From Octopus sinensis (taxonomy: Eukaryota), in contig NW_021824246.1 in NCBI RefSeq assembly GCF_006345805.1, positions 1-19,483 of the forward strand: a stretch of 19,483 nucleotides of DNA. The letters are read 5' to 3'. Every line of letters starts with the position of its first letter. The stretch's first letter is position 1. A model generated the notes under the pieces. The model was not told the origin of the DNA and made no database searches. It saw only the letters and a list, made by a program, of their open reading frames with translations. Made by a program: the position numbers and the translations under genes. Positions 19,199 to 19,483 of the stretch are shown in pieces.

Positions 19199-19483
19199 TT
19201 TACGGAGATGCACTTGCATAGCGAGTGACTTGATCTGAGATCGTGTGCTGGAACGAAAACAATTTCAGCGTGGAAGGTGTTTATAAGCCATTTAAGAAAC
19301 ACACAAAAACCGTTAGATTCACTTCAACATTTAAATTTAATTTGTGAAAATATTTTCGTCGCTTTGAGACCGCGAGCTGTTCACTGACAAAGCTTCGTGA
19401 ACAAAACTTCGTGCTGACAAAACTTCGTGCAACACGAAGTTTTGTCAGCGAACAGGTCGCGGTCTCAAAGCGACGAAAATATT
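19199..19483. mobile_element. Palindromic element abutting (TA)n and running off the window end; candidate inverted Penelope-like pLTR pair
   Basis: 51-bp arms at 19349-19399 and 19433-19483 are 48/51 complementary. The spacer has ACAAAACTTCGTG repeats. Each arm has a hammerhead-like topology. Confidence 0.55.

Overview
Eukaryotic, repeat-saturated non-genic DNA. The SINE families and microsatellite density resemble a cephalopod (Octopus-like) genome, which is an inference. No host exon, rRNA, tRNA gene or CRISPR array is supportable, and most ORF-track entries are translations of microsatellites or SINEs. The window holds many copies of two tRNA-derived SINE families, a full-length but decayed mariner with perfect TIRs, a hAT MITE with an 8-bp TSD, a 5'-truncated L1/Tx1-type LINE, six same-strand R4/Dong-type (RLE) LINE fragments mostly docked in (TAA)n tracts, and a probable non-autonomous Helitron end. 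The main find is a ~520-bp terminally redundant element in a (TA)n tract (9090-9608). It carries a type I hammerhead ribozyme motif (9270-9356) followed by a canonical-looking intron, which fits a Penelope-like pLTR or retrozyme. A second palindromic element at the window end carries a hammerhead-like fold with a G3-C8 core swap. Other notable items are a cryptic 29-bp degenerate minisatellite (about 4675-5010) and a SINE 3' tail shared with the Tx1-like LINE.
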